Assembly (NCBI GenBank): GCA_051453625.1
Contig: JBOZIK010000001.1
Coordinates: 45,890,797 to 45,910,796 of the forward strand
Direction: 5' to 3'
DNA: 20,000 nucleotides
DNA from: Welwitschia mirabilis
Taxonomy: Eukaryota
A model generated the notes under the pieces. That model made no database searches and was not told the origin of the DNA. It worked only from the letters and a program-made list of their open reading frames with translations. Of this stretch, positions 1 to 11,869 are shown one piece after another. Each line of letters opens with the position of its first letter. The stretch's first letter is position 1. The position numbers were made by a program, and so were the translations under genes.

Positions 1-1
1 T

Positions 2-1008
2 TATATCTAGGATTGTGATAAGTGTCAAAAAGAAGAAGCATTTAGCCAGAGATTAGAAATGCCACACTAATGGATTTAGTTAATTTAACCTTTTAATGTT
101 CAGAAAATAGATTTTATTAGACTTATCAATCATTCCTTATATAAAAAAAGATATATTTTGATTTGCGTTGATTAGTTTACTAAGTGAGCTAAGGCTGAGG
201 ATCTATCTCATCATTCTTTCCAAATTATAGTTAACTTTTTCCTTAGGAATATTATCTACTGATTAGAGCTCCTCAAAGTCCTATATCTAATAAAAGAACC
301 CATTTTACTAGTGAAATATTTAAGAAACTCTTAATCAAACATGGAATCCACCACAAATTCTCTACTACCTATCATCCTCAATCTAATAACTAAGCTGAAG
401 TGACTAATAGAGAAATTAATAGAGTATTAACAAAGGTCATAAATAGTAAGAAAATAGATTGGGTTGATAAATTAAATAAAGATTCATAGGCTTATAGAAT
501 AACTTGAAAACATAGCACATGGCTTATACCATATGAATTAGTCTATGAAAAAAGAGCTATTTTGCTAATTGAATTGAGAATAAAAACATTTGAATTAGAT
601 AAGGGATTAAAGTGTAACTTAGATAAAACTTAAAAGGAATGGATAGAAAACAAGAATATTTAGATGAAAACAAAAAAGAATCTCTTTTTCATAAAGAACT
701 TCTACAATATAAGACTAAAATATATCATGATAATAAAATTAGAAAAACTAACTTTAATATTGGAGATTCAATATTAATTTGTGATCCTAAAAAGACCCAA
801 TCCAAGCAAAAATATAAACAAAATTAGTGAGGACCTTAAACCATAACAATAATTTTGGGAAATGGAGCCATAGAAGTATATGATCTTGGTGAAAAGGTAA
901 TCTACTAAGTTATGGGACAGAGAATAAAAATGTATAATGATTATAAATCTATGCTACATTATCTAGAAAATCCTTATAGGGTGGAAAGAATACTTTCACT
1001 CTACTGAT
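2..1008 (+). pseudogene. pol: Decayed Ty3/gypsy integrase (non-chromovirus, Athila-like): end of zinc finger, catalytic core and GPY/F module; truncated by the window start
   Basis: Manual translation across stops and frameshifts gives CDKCQK...EMPH*...PFNVQKIDFI...RYILICVD*FTK*AKA, then ISNKRTHF...HGIHHKFSTTYHPQSNN*AEVTNREINRVLTKV..KIDWVDKL...AYR...PYELVY, then the listed ORF 639-827 (YHDNKIRKTNFNIGDSILI), then **GP*TI...GNGAIEV...VMGQRIKMY. This matches the Athila/Tat integrase pattern (YHPQTSGQxExSNREIK, WSGPF, VNGQRLKxY). The 3' limit is approximate. Confidence 0.9.
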
Positions 1009-1364
1009 GACATAAAAGTTTTTAGACTAAATAATAAAGGATGTGTCATTTCCTTAAAGTTTATTCAAACTATTAATTTACTAAGTTATTTAAGGTAAAT
1101 TTAATAATTGTGAAGTAAGAAGCTAACTTAGTAAGCCTTCAATAAAGGATTGTGTATTATTCTTATTAAGAAGATTAAGGAGATACATTTCATCACATGG
1201 TATAATATCTTTTGATGGATGAGTGTATTTATAAAAAAAAAAAAAGCATAATGTTCTACTACGAGTACACTAGGGAAAATATTCCTAAGAGGGGCCTTTG
1301 GTAATGCAATATAGTAGCTATGAGAACTCCACTGAGGGGTTAATTGGCCATGATCTCGATAATT

Positions 1365-1391
1365 AAAAAAAAAAAAGAAGAAGAAGAAGAA
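1365..1391 (+). repeat. A12 followed by (GAA)5 simple repeat
   Basis: Read directly from the sequence. Confidence 0.8.
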
Positions 1392-3159
1392 ATTTTATGG
1401 GTCCTTACTTCTCTAATAGTGGTTTCACTCTCCTCATTGTGGTTGAAAAATTAAGTTGTGAAAAATAAAAAGTTGAGGAACAGTTATGCCTAGGAGGCAT
1501 ATGAGACACAACTAATTATCAAGACTACAACTATATATCATAACTTAAATTTAAATAAAAAAAGAGAATAATAATTTTATTCAAGTATTTGACGGAATAT
1601 AAATCTGAATATCTTCAATTTAATAGCATGCACAATCACTAAACTCTGTTTTAGCAAGAGAAAGCTTTATATTTTTAAAATCATTTTCACGTTACCTCAA
1701 AAATTTGATAAATTGTTTAGTTTGAATTTTCTTTTAATGAAATTAATATGTTCATAAGAAAAAAATAGTCATGAGATAATCTTATAACAATTAAAAACTT
1801 TATTAGGTAAGAAGTTTATTACATCATTTTGTAAAAATAAGATAAAAACATTGTTTAAGCTATTAAAGCTAAAAAGATAAATCATTTAACTAAAGCAAAT
1901 TAATTCTTAAGATAGCCAAAGAAATTGTTCTTCCTTGAGAATGCCTAGTCTTATATGATAATCCCATGTAACTCTCACCCGGGGGTAGTAGATGCATCTC
2001 ACTTGGGACTCTAATAGCATGTGGATCTCTTTTAGGTGGGCTCATTAAAAGTTCTGGTAAGGCTTAGTATTCCATATTGTTTTCTTTATGTTCTCACTAT
2101 AAAAACTAACTGCAATGAGACCAAGTGTAGGGTTCATGCCTTAAAGCTAATCAACGCTTTTTTTAATACCTACATCCATCTAGCTAATTGGTGTAGGAAA
2201 ACATCGTAAGTAGAGTTTCCTTAATTAAGTTAATAATGAAGCTCTTTAGTCCCAACTCTCATGTACTCACACATCAAGTGATGAATCATAGGACCAAAAC
2301 TTGGAAGAATGATACTATTTTCAAAACAATATTTATTAGCCTTGGTAATAAAAGTTCCTAAGGCATCCAAAACCTCAGCAATAGACTTATAAATACAGTA
2401 TAAGTACTGCTACACTCCATTCTTTGACCTAACATAAATCTGAGGTGATTGAAGTTTTACACTCCTAATACACATATCGATCTTTGTAAAATCCTAGTTA
2501 AAAAGGCAATGATTTACCTTTTTAACTTCTAAAGTAGTAATGGGAGAGTAAGGGGGAGTGAAAACCATGAGGATTAACTACGAAGAAGTGGTAAGGATTG
2601 AAAAATGATTAAATGGAGGAAATCTAAGGCTCAGATGGAGCATGATGAATGATCAACATTAAAGAATTAGATTTATAATGTAAGTTATCTTTAGTATGGT
2701 TGACAAGTGTGATTCAGTTTAAGTTACCCAGTGTACATGTTTTTAGTAATGAAGTAAAAAATTTTGAAGAAACTACATACTTGTTCTATTCAATAGCCAA
2801 GGTGTACCAAGTATTAGCAATAATATTTATGCAAGATAGAAATGGAGAAATTTTAAGCTCATTAAGATTCAATCTAAAGTTGGGACTTTAGATTGATTTA
2901 TGATTATTTTAGTTTATCCTCAAGCTGCAATACTTTGTGGGGACCCATCAGATTTTATCATCATCATTAACTACAAAGTGGTTGATGAAATCCTACAATT
3001 TATTTTTAATGAAAGAAGAGCTTTAAATAATATTATGTAAACAATAATTAGTAATATAGAGAAATAATATATTTTAGGGAAGAATAAGAATTGAATGTTA
3101 CCTATTCATTCTTATAATAAAAAATTATCAAGAGTCAAACCTCTAGAATAAGTTTATCT

Positions 3160-3578
3160 AGTTGATTGACACTGACCCAAAGTTAAAACTTTAAGTCAGA
3201 TTTCGAGCCAACTTAATAAACGTAAAGATTTGTCTTCTAAGCATCTACACCTGCATAAAATAAGATTACTTAGTTGAAATGATACTAATTTAAAGCTAGA
3301 AATTTGAGTTAGATTTTAGAATAAACCATTGTGATGTAAGTCCAAAAAGTTGATTGACACTAGCTTAAAGTCAAAACTTTGAGTTGGATTTCATGCTAAC
3401 TTGATTGTTTTCTTGTGTTCAGTAAACCTGCAATAAAACAAGAATGCCTAGTTAACTGACACTAACTCAAAGTCGAAACTTTAAGGTAGATTTTGAGCCA
3501 AGCTACTATGGTGCAAGTTCAAGAAGTTGTCTGACTCCAGCTCAAATTCAAAGCTTTGAGCCGGATTTTAAGTTAACT
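3160..3578. repeat. Array of five ~54-bp imperfect palindromic units with alternating long and short spacers (~178-bp dimeric period)
   Basis: Units start at 3160, 3272, 3348, 3450 and 3525. Approximate consensus is AGTTGAYTGACACTARCTCAAAGTCRAAACTTTGAGTYRGATTTYRAGCYAACT, with an internal stem CTCAAAGT-N4-ACTTTGAG. Confidence 0.85.
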
Positions 3579-3706
3579 TATTTCTCTCGGGCCTGTTAAT
3601 AAAAAGAAAGGTTTTTTTTTTTTTTTTTTTTTTTGAGGAGTATGGGAGTTGGGGATGGAGGGAGGGATAGGGGGGGGATGGTTATTTTATTTATTAACCC
3701 CAATAA

Positions 3707-3806
3707 NNNNNNNNNNNNNNNNNNNNNNNNNNNNNNNNNNNNNNNNNNNNNNNNNNNNNNNNNNNNNNNNNNNNNNNNNNNNNNNNNNNNNNNNNNNNNN
3801 NNNNNN
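3707..3806. other. Assembly gap (100 N)
   Basis: Run of exactly 100 N, a common placeholder for a gap of unknown size. It is preceded by T23 (3612-3634) and a G-rich tract. Confidence 0.99.
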
Positions 3807-5335
3807 TAAACAGTTAAATCTCAACTACTTTTTAGTAAGCCTTTGATTTTTATTTAATGATTTAAGCTTATCTTAGATTAATAGTATCATAGTTTATACA
3901 CTTTTTTATCATATTTTCTTAATTTTTTTAATATTTATTTCATCATATAAGCTTTCATCAATTACCCATGTATGTTTTTCATAGAAAAGGTCATAAGCAC
4001 TACCATTAATTCAACCATTTCATTAATCCTTTCATCTATTCACTTCACTTTTAAACCACTTCATTAAACCTATAAATCATTTATGGTTCCCATATACCTA
4101 TAAGTTCATAATACTAGTGATCTTAATTAATGGTCTTTAATAATTAAATTGATAATGATAAGTGTTATTTGTATTAATTTAAGTATTGGTTAGATTAGAT
4201 GTATTTATAATAAGTGTTCTTTATATTATTTTGCATTACATTGTTAAAGTTTGCACTCATTTGAGGTCTTTAATTTAGAAAAAGAAAATGGATTAAAAGG
4301 TGGAATTTACTTTTATGTTATACGTTTTTTAAGCATTTATAAGAATAAGATATTTCTTAATTAGACTAATGAACCATAATCCCTTCTATGTGCATCAAAA
4401 ATGTATATAAGAAGTATACTCTCTTCTTTAAAAGATTTTTTTTTATATTTGATTAGTTTATTAAATTTATTTAACTACATTAAGGCTATTGATGCTCACT
4501 CAAAATGAATCTCTATTGAAAAATGCCATAGTTCTAGAAGCTCAATAATATCAAAATGCTTAAAGAAAAGGTACTAATGATTATAAAATAAAAGGTGAAA
4601 CAAAAATTAAAGTAGGAATTGCATAACTTCTATGTGTTACTTTTTCTAACAATTATACTCAAGATTTGCTTAGTACTTTTAAAATTTCATGAGTTAACTT
4701 AGTTAGTACCTCACTCGTTGACATTAGGATCTATTAAAGAAACTTAAAAAATTACAAAAATTATAATAAAATAAGGTCATTACCTAGATGAATTATCTCT
4801 TTTATTCTTAGGTTACATGGTTGAGTTTCATTTGTATTACCATTTTCTACTTTATTCCCACTCACATTACCATTTTTACTTTACCTCTATTGAATGAGAA
4901 TGAACATCAAGAGATACAAATGTTTTTATTATGAAATAACCCTTTACTTCATGTTTATTCAAGAAATTATGCTTCAATTGTTAGCAAGAAGATATTGATT
5001 AAAAGATAAAGATAGTGATTTCTTAATAGTTATCATGTTCTTTGCATTATACCTTAGTTGCATCACCTTGCATTTCTTTTCCTTTGAAAAAAAATGACAC
5101 GTAATGAAGAATTTTCCATGTAATGTTGTATCAACTTGTTCTCAAATTTTGCATTTAATTTTTTCTATCTTTTCAAACTTTAAGGATAAGTTTATCTTTG
5201 GTTAAGGAATATGGAATTCACATTTTTAACTTAATGCCTTATTTTTCCAAAAATTGACCAAATTTTTCAAGTTCATTACTCTAATACTTGAATGTTTTCA
5301 AACATTTTCAATATTAATCACTATTTTTCACATGT

Positions 5336-5371
5336 TTTGCTAAGGGACTAGTAAAATTTTGGTTTAGGATA
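5336..5371 (+). other. Decayed Athila-type pre-PPT/PPT motif immediately upstream of the 3' LTR
   Basis: TTTGCTAAGGGACTAGTAAAATTTTGGTTTAGGATA resembles the Athila-type 3' signature TTGCT..GGGAC.AGCAA...AAGT.TGGGGG and directly abuts TGGTAACATG. Confidence 0.55.
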
Positions 5372-6665
5372 TGGTAACATGTAAATATTTACATTTATCT
5401 CAAGTATATTAGACCAATTTATCATAATTGAAGATATCAATTTAATTATTTTATCATAAAAATATGTCTTCTATATTTTTTTATGTCATATGTGAATTTT
5501 TGCTTTTATCCATATGTTCTTAGATTTTTATTCATGTTTTGAAAAACATATCTAAAAATGCATTTACTCTATACCAAACAAAGATTATGCTAGAGACATG
5601 TGATAGTGACACCAATTAAAGGAATACTGCTCCAAAGACCACATGTTGAACTCTTCATAACAATCCCTAGTAAACACTAGAAAGATAAATATGTCAATTA
5701 CTCCATTAATCATTCTAAGAGAAATATTCCAACCACTTCACCATGTTAGAAGATGAAGATTATAGCTACTCCACTAAATACTACAAGATGAAATATCCAG
5801 TACCTTATCTAATATAAAGGACAACAAACCCAAATGATCTCAATCCGATTATTAATTAGAAAAAGGGTTAAGTTATTCAATTTATAAATTATTACTTGAA
5901 GACAATGCTTATCCTTAAAGCAAAGGATCCTTTTAAGATGTTGTGCTAAGTTCCTCCTTTAGGATTGGGCTAGCCTTAAGGCTATCTTAATGCTTTTATA
6001 AATAAGCTTTAGATTTATTTCATTGAAATACTACAATTCTATTTCCTAATACTAAATGATAGTATCTTTTCTTTCTTGATTTTAAGTTGTGAGTTACTTC
6101 ATACTTTTAATACTTGATTTAAGCTATACTATTATTGAGTTATTGATACAAGAGTATTTCTTATTTATATTTTGACTTCATAGTTTGAATTTGCTTGATA
6201 GGATCTATGTTTTGTTTCCTATTTATCATGATTATGATCAGGTAATAGATCAAAGTGACAAAGATATTTCACCACTATTCATGTGGTGAATAAGATTATG
6301 TCATCACATTATAAGTTATAATGAACTTGGTGTTTTTAAGATTTACACTAGGAATTTTCATTATATATTTAAATATATTTTTTAATTAAAATAATAAAGC
6401 TTATGCTTTGAGTGTTAAGCCTATTTCCATATTGATGCATATTAAAATATCTTTAATCACTTTCTTTATTTGCTTTGTTTCTATTTACAATTTTGTATGA
6501 TGTTAATTTCACTATTTTTCTATCAACATCATACCTATGAGAGAATGACTCTAGAATCCTTTTTACAATAGAAGCCTTTGATAATATTGGTAAAAATTTA
6601 ACTTGATTGTGTATGACTTGTATTAATTAGGTTGATCTTGCATTTCTTTAATAAATCTATAAACA
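5372..6665 (+). mobile_element. Athila-like 3' LTR (~1.3 kb), distantly related to the LTR pair at 16128-19031
   Basis: Starts TGGTAACATGTAAATATTTACATT, which aligns over ~100 bp with the reverse complement of ~18930-19031 (TGTTTACATGTAAAAATTAACATT). Ends ...CTATAAACA, like the pair's ...ATACATAAACA. TATA-like TATAAATA near 5997. A PPT-like motif lies upstream and no PBS follows. Confidence 0.7.
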
Positions 6666-6959
6666 CAAGCGTAGATGAGTTGTACCTTGAATAACTACTA
6701 GTTTGAGAATTTTCCAATTCTACCTACATTGAAAATTAAATATCATTCATATCTTAAGGGAAAAATATCAAATGCTTATCTATTTTTAGTTTATTTTCTT
6801 AAGAAAAATTTTTATAATAAAATGTAAATTTGCAAATACTCTAGTCTATAGAATTCTTTCTAATAAAAAGAAAGCATTACCAAGTAATATTTAAAATATG
6901 ACTATTTTTTAAATTTTGATTGATGAAAAATTTCATATTTTCAATCCTATATTGTGTAA

Positions 6960-9590
6960 TGAATAATATTATGAGGGGATTCATTTATCAAAATTTAGAG
7001 TCATATTATCATTAGATTTTGGAAAGGTTCTTGTAGACCTCTATCTTATAAATTTTAAATATTGAGTAACAAAATTAGGATGACCTCAATCACTAAATCT
7101 GTACAAGAGGTGTAATTTGGAGATAATTTTTAAATTTTGTAGGAGTTTACAATAAACAAAGGAAGAAGAACTATTAGAAATAATGGTGATAACATGAAAG
7201 TATTAGTTTCTCAAGAATATATCAACAAAATACTAGGTCTATCAAGTGAGGAAACATCTATAGAATAAACAAGTAAAAGAAATGATACCAAACATGGCAT
7301 CAAGTTATTATGTATAGTGATAATGAAAGAAAGGATCCCAATTGAAAAAAATTATAATTATAAATATGTTTTATTTTGAAAATAGTAATCAATAATTTGA
7401 TGATAATATTAAATAAATAGAAAGAATTAACATTGCAAAAACTCTACATGTTTAAATCCATTAAAAAAATAGCAAAATGAAAGAATATAAATAGTGCTAA
7501 AGGAATTTTTGGGGGCTTATGAGATAAGTTACTAAAATGAGAAAGGTAGGAGCTAGGAAATTGTAAGTTTAGGATATTCCTCAATAATTATGAGAATTAT
7601 AAATGATAAGGGAGTGGACATAAGAGTGAATAAATCCCATGTAAAATTAATAGTTCAATCCTTATTTAGAGTCAAATAATTAAGAGTTATTAAATCTAAA
7701 TCAAAAGGGAATTCTGAGAAAGAGGAACGTAGCAGTTCATATACTCCAACCAATATAGAAACAAAGACATCTAAAATGGAAGAACTTAGTACAATCCATT
7801 TTTCTATATAGCAATTATTAAAGATGTATTTTCAAATAAGCTCATTTTTCAAAGACTTGCAAAATAATAAAATTAATAGCATTACCATTTCTATAAATTC
7901 ATTCACGAAAGAAATGTAGACCTCCATCAAATGGAGGAAGGAATCTTCTATTTTGCAGAGTTAGAATTCATTGTTATATATAAGAAATAAATCTTTAAGG
8001 AAATAACTAGATCATGGAATTGAAATACAAGATTGAGAGAAAGATAATAGAAATTTACTATTTAAAAATTTATAAAGGGGTTAAGAAAAATTACAAGTGG
8101 CATATGGTTGAATACCAAAATTAGAAAAAAAAATTATGGAAGAAAATAATAACCTTAACTATAGGTTAAGAAATAAACTAAAATTATTGGTCACATTATC
8201 GTAGAGCATGGTAAGTTGTAAAACATATAACCCAAATTACATCAAACAATAATAAACTTTTATTATATTTATTCATAGTGAGAAATACCTTCCTTTGTAC
8301 AAAATAATTTTCAAATAAACATTATGTTCATCTCTAATGAATCAATGAGAAATTTATGAATATACAAGCAAATGAAATAATTATAAACAAAATTAGATAG
8401 AGTTATTACCTTTAAATGATACTTACCAAATATTTTTAAAAGAAAACAAGGATCGTATCTAGGAAGTCATAAATCAAGATAAAGAGTTAGGCTAAAATTT
8501 ATAGTAATTAGATTATTAAGATGCTAATATTTACTCAGAAAGTGAATCATACATCTTTGGGATGCATCTTATCAAATATTAAAGAAGAAATAAAAAATTT
8601 TATAAAAATCATGAAGGAACAACAAGGGAATGTCCTCCTAAAGATGATCATTTTGAATTAACTCTTAATAATATTTTTCGAAAATGATATAAAAATTAGA
8701 ATAGCATCACAACATGAAAAATTAATAATTAGGAATAATGATAGAGTAATCATTTTATCATACAATGAATGTTATTAGGATGATCTATGTAGAATTGATC
8801 TAAACCAACATTCAAAATTTAGAAAAGAAAAATATGTGATTATTACATGAAAATCACATAATGGAAGCTCAATTGAGCAAAAGAGTAGTATTTAAATATG
8901 AGGAACTAAGGATCCACATTAGTTTATAATATTATTCATATAAATTATATGATTTTATTAATATATTTCAGAATGAATTACAAACTATGATATAAAAAAC
9001 TTTAAAGGATAGGTTAAAAGTCAATTAACGTTTTGAAGCTTATGATGAAAATTGTAAATATTGAAAAACAAATTTGATAGAGATAAAAGGGCTTATCTAC
9101 TACAGAAGTAGAAAACTTCATTGATTCCATAGCTACTTAATTTAATAAAGCTATAAAAGAGTGTATAGTGTATTTTAACTTATTTGGAATAAACTCCTCA
9201 GGATTTCCAATAACTTTGCATACTCTATGACATAATCATAACTCATGATAAGGAATGCTTTTGTTGAAAATTTTGAAAAATTTAAAACAAGTAACTTTAC
9301 AAGAATCTTTATAATACCAATTAGTCAAGCCTTAAATGAAAATAGTACAAGTCAAATATCCATCTAAGAGTAGAGGTGGGAACAAGTTAAAAAGATTCAA
9401 GAAGATCCAAATTTAGAAGAAACTAAGTCAATAGATCTAAATGATCCTATCTTTTAAGAATAGCAAAGAAAATTTATGAATACCATTAAATAAGAAAACT
9501 AATTAGACTAGTATTCCAAGCTAATAGTAGTAGAAGAAGATCTTAAGGAGAAACCTTTTATATTTAAAAGAAGAACCAAGAAATGAGTCT
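6960..9590 (+). pseudogene. Decayed retrotransposon accessory/env-like ORF (plant 'Transposase_32'-like N-terminal motifs followed by K/E-rich segments); boundaries approximate
   Basis: In frame at 7134-7256: IL*EFTINKGRRTIRNNGDNMKVLVSQEYINKILGLSSEET (cf. LVREFYxN...VRG..V.FS...IN..LGL). At 7487: INSAKGIFGGL. At 7569-7622: LGYSSIIMRIINDKGVDI (cf. LxFPxLITxL...GV). The strand stays purine/A-rich to ~9590. Confidence 0.5.
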
Positions 9591-10149
9591 AATTTGTTAA
9601 GGGACTAATAAAAACTTGATCTTGAGGAAATAAATGAAGGAAAAAACATATGTATTAAAGTTGATTTTTTTATGATGTGAGTAATAATTTTCTTACTGAA
9701 AACTAATATGTTTTTAATAATTTTATTATTAGTTAATAGTATGTGTATTCACTATTGAAATTATTTTATGTACAACATGCAATGAATGACTAGAAGGTAG
9801 GAACCACTTTTTCCCATGTTGCTACTTCTAAAGAGCCAAAATAGAGACTATCAAGGAGGAACTTAAAAGAAAATAATAAACAAAAAAGGAAAAGAAATTG
9901 AGGAATCTTTGAAAATAAGAAAGAGGGTGAAAATCTTAAGCTAAGGATCAAAAAGTAAAGAAGCTCTAGAGCATTCCAAATGGAGTAGTAGGTGTCTTCT
10001 AAGATCCAATGTCATCTAAAAAGGGGAAAATTCTCATTAGTAAATTCTATAATAATTTTGCATTTTTACATCAAGATAAGGTATAAGCTGAAATACTATT
10101 TATTCATAATGATATGACATGCTAAAAATTACTTTAAGTAGTGATACTA

Positions 10150-10800
10150 CTTGAAAAAGTAGTATTTTCACTTTTTTTCTTCTATATTTATATTTGGATA
10201 GATGCTTAGGATATAATACTTAGAAATAGGTACTATCTAGCTTTATTTTATTCATATTTTTTGTAATATTCCCACACTGTATTCTATGCATATAACTAAA
10301 AACATGCTACACTATTTTAAGAACTAGTCTTTATAGGACTTGTAAAAACACTAATCTTTCATTAAAGTAATTAATAAGCAAGTTCAGAATCAAACTATCC
10401 AAGTTGATCATTTTTAAGAAGTAATCTTGGAAATAGAATTTAAACTAAGGTCATTGAGGATTTGACCATATTATTTATTTCTTTAATTAAACTTTCATTT
10501 TTTATTAATGATTTAAACTTAATTTAGATTAAGAGTTACATAGTTTTATAGATGTTTCATCACAATTTATACTATTTATTCATTGGTTTTCTAATAATAT
10601 TCTTTTATCATGTACATTTTGCATATATTTCTACTTTCCAAAATAGAAATATAATTTTATCATCAATACATAAGTCTTATCAATACCAAAGTGACTTGTT
10701 ATGTCTTCTTGATTCTTTTACATTACTACATTTGTTCTCATAAACCTATTAGTCTACGTAACATGTTATCTTTTAGTAGACAATTATCCTAGATATGATA
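10150..10800 (-). pseudogene. pol: CRM-like integrase remnants (zinc-finger region plus C-terminal fragments; catalytic core largely missing)
   Basis: Minus strand gives YHI*DNCLLKDNML...ITSHFGIDKTYVL (cf. GLxGHFGxDKT) near 10650-10800. Weaker matches follow near 10330-10390: SELAY* and LQVL*RLVLK (cf. AEFAYN and PFxVVYG). Confidence 0.6.
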
Positions 10801-11205
10801 AATAATGGAACATCTACATTAAATTGGATTTTAAAAAGCATGCCAAACGGTTTTGAAGTCTTCATCCTCTACATAAATATCTTTTAAATGAAAAAATTCA
10901 TGAATAATAATTGAACTTCAACTAAGTATACAGGTAGTTCTGCTAAATAAATCTGCACTTGATTTGTTGATTCTTTTTATATTTTGTGATAAATTAAATT
11001 CTTATAATTTCTCTACTTGTTTTGATTTTTAAAAGTTAATTTATCTTGTAATCAAGGTATTATAGAGATTTATGATCGATGAATAAGATATATCCCTTAA
11101 TAAAAAGGTAATGTCCTCAATATTTTAATGCTTGCAGATGAGATAAAGTTCTTTTTTATATGTAAATTATTTTTTTTCTTAGCTTTTTTTATTTCTCAAT
11201 AAATT
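10800..11205 (-). pseudogene. pol: CRM-like RNase H C-terminal part and linker
   Basis: Minus strand gives FIEK*K..K..TYKKELY...YILFIDHKSL*YLD..DKL...QVEKL*EF...ADLFSR and HLKDIYVEDEDFKTVW (cf. FSEKL..YSTYDKEFY, SDHEALKYL, ADALSR, IKDLYxxDxDF). Confidence 0.75.
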
Positions 11206-11209
11206 TATT

Positions 11210-11660
11210 TTTTATATTTAGAGCATTTGTTAATCTAGATAGGATAACTAGTCATTCATAGAGGTTATCATGTGTTTTAAAGGTAGCTTTTCACTCATCT
11301 TCCCTTCTTATGTATATTTAACAATATCCACTTTTTATATCAATCTTACTGAACCAAGATAATCCTACTAAGTTATGTAAGATAGTATCCATTATTGGCA
11401 TTTAAATTATTACCCAATAATAATTTTATTAATAGGTCTTAAATCCACATACATGCTCATTTCTCGATTGTCTTTTTTTTACTATAAAAATCACGTGTAT
11501 ATCACATGAAAAAAATGCCTTTAAAAATGAGTTCTCTTTTAAATGTTCTTAAACCTTCATTTGTACTATTTCTTCTTATTTGATGTCATCAAATAAGTAT
11601 CTTTATTGGGAAGTATAACTTTCATAATAATACCTACTTGCTATTCTATGGATCTTTTAT
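11210..11660 (-). pseudogene. pol: CRM-like reverse transcriptase, N-terminal half only
   Basis: Minus strand gives IRSIE*QV...LPNKDTY...VKKKD..MSMYVDLRPINKI...MPIMDTILHNLVGLSWFSKIDIKSGYC*IYIRREDE*KATFKTHDNLYE*LVILSRLTNAL (cf. FSKIDLRSGYHQIRxRxGDEWKTAFKT..LYEWLVMPFGLTNAP). Confidence 0.92.
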
Positions 11661-11869
11661 AAGATAATACAATAGGATTTTATTCCACTAAACTATGTAC
11701 AAATTATTATTTTGATTGTTCAACTTCTACAATCTCTTTTTGCACAACTTTTTTGTTTTCTTGTGTCAGTCTTATTACAATTCCCAATGCAAACCTATAT
11801 TCATTTGATTCATGAGAAACTTTTTAGTTAAATAGAAAATGCCTAATAAATGATTGTTTACTTTTTCTT

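Noticed and set aside
639-827. Listed 62-aa ORF as an independent gene
   Set aside because: It is a stop-free fragment of the decayed integrase C-terminus.
2700-2891. Listed 63-aa ORF
   Set aside because: It has a non-ATG (TTG) start, is short and shows no recognisable domain.
3160-3578. CRISPR-like appearance (palindromic repeats with spacers)
   Set aside because: The spacers are homologous to each other in an alternating pattern, the repeats are degenerate, there are no cas genes, and the context is a plant retrotransposon.
3612-3846. T23, a G-quadruplex-like tract (3644-3677) and listed ORF 3649-3846
   Set aside because: It sits next to or spans the N gap and follows a long homopolymer, so it is probably low-quality contig-end sequence. 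The ORF exists only because of the Ns.
10010-10032. TGTCATCTAAAAAGGGGAAAATT, resembling a SIRE/copia PPT
   Set aside because: It is a short degenerate match with no copia domain or recognisable LTR next to it.
10136-10172. Small hairpin ATACTACTT-GAAA-AAGTAGTAT followed by a T-run (terminator-like)
   Set aside because: A 9-bp AT-rich stem is plausible by chance or local duplication, and intrinsic terminators are not relevant in this eukaryotic TE context.
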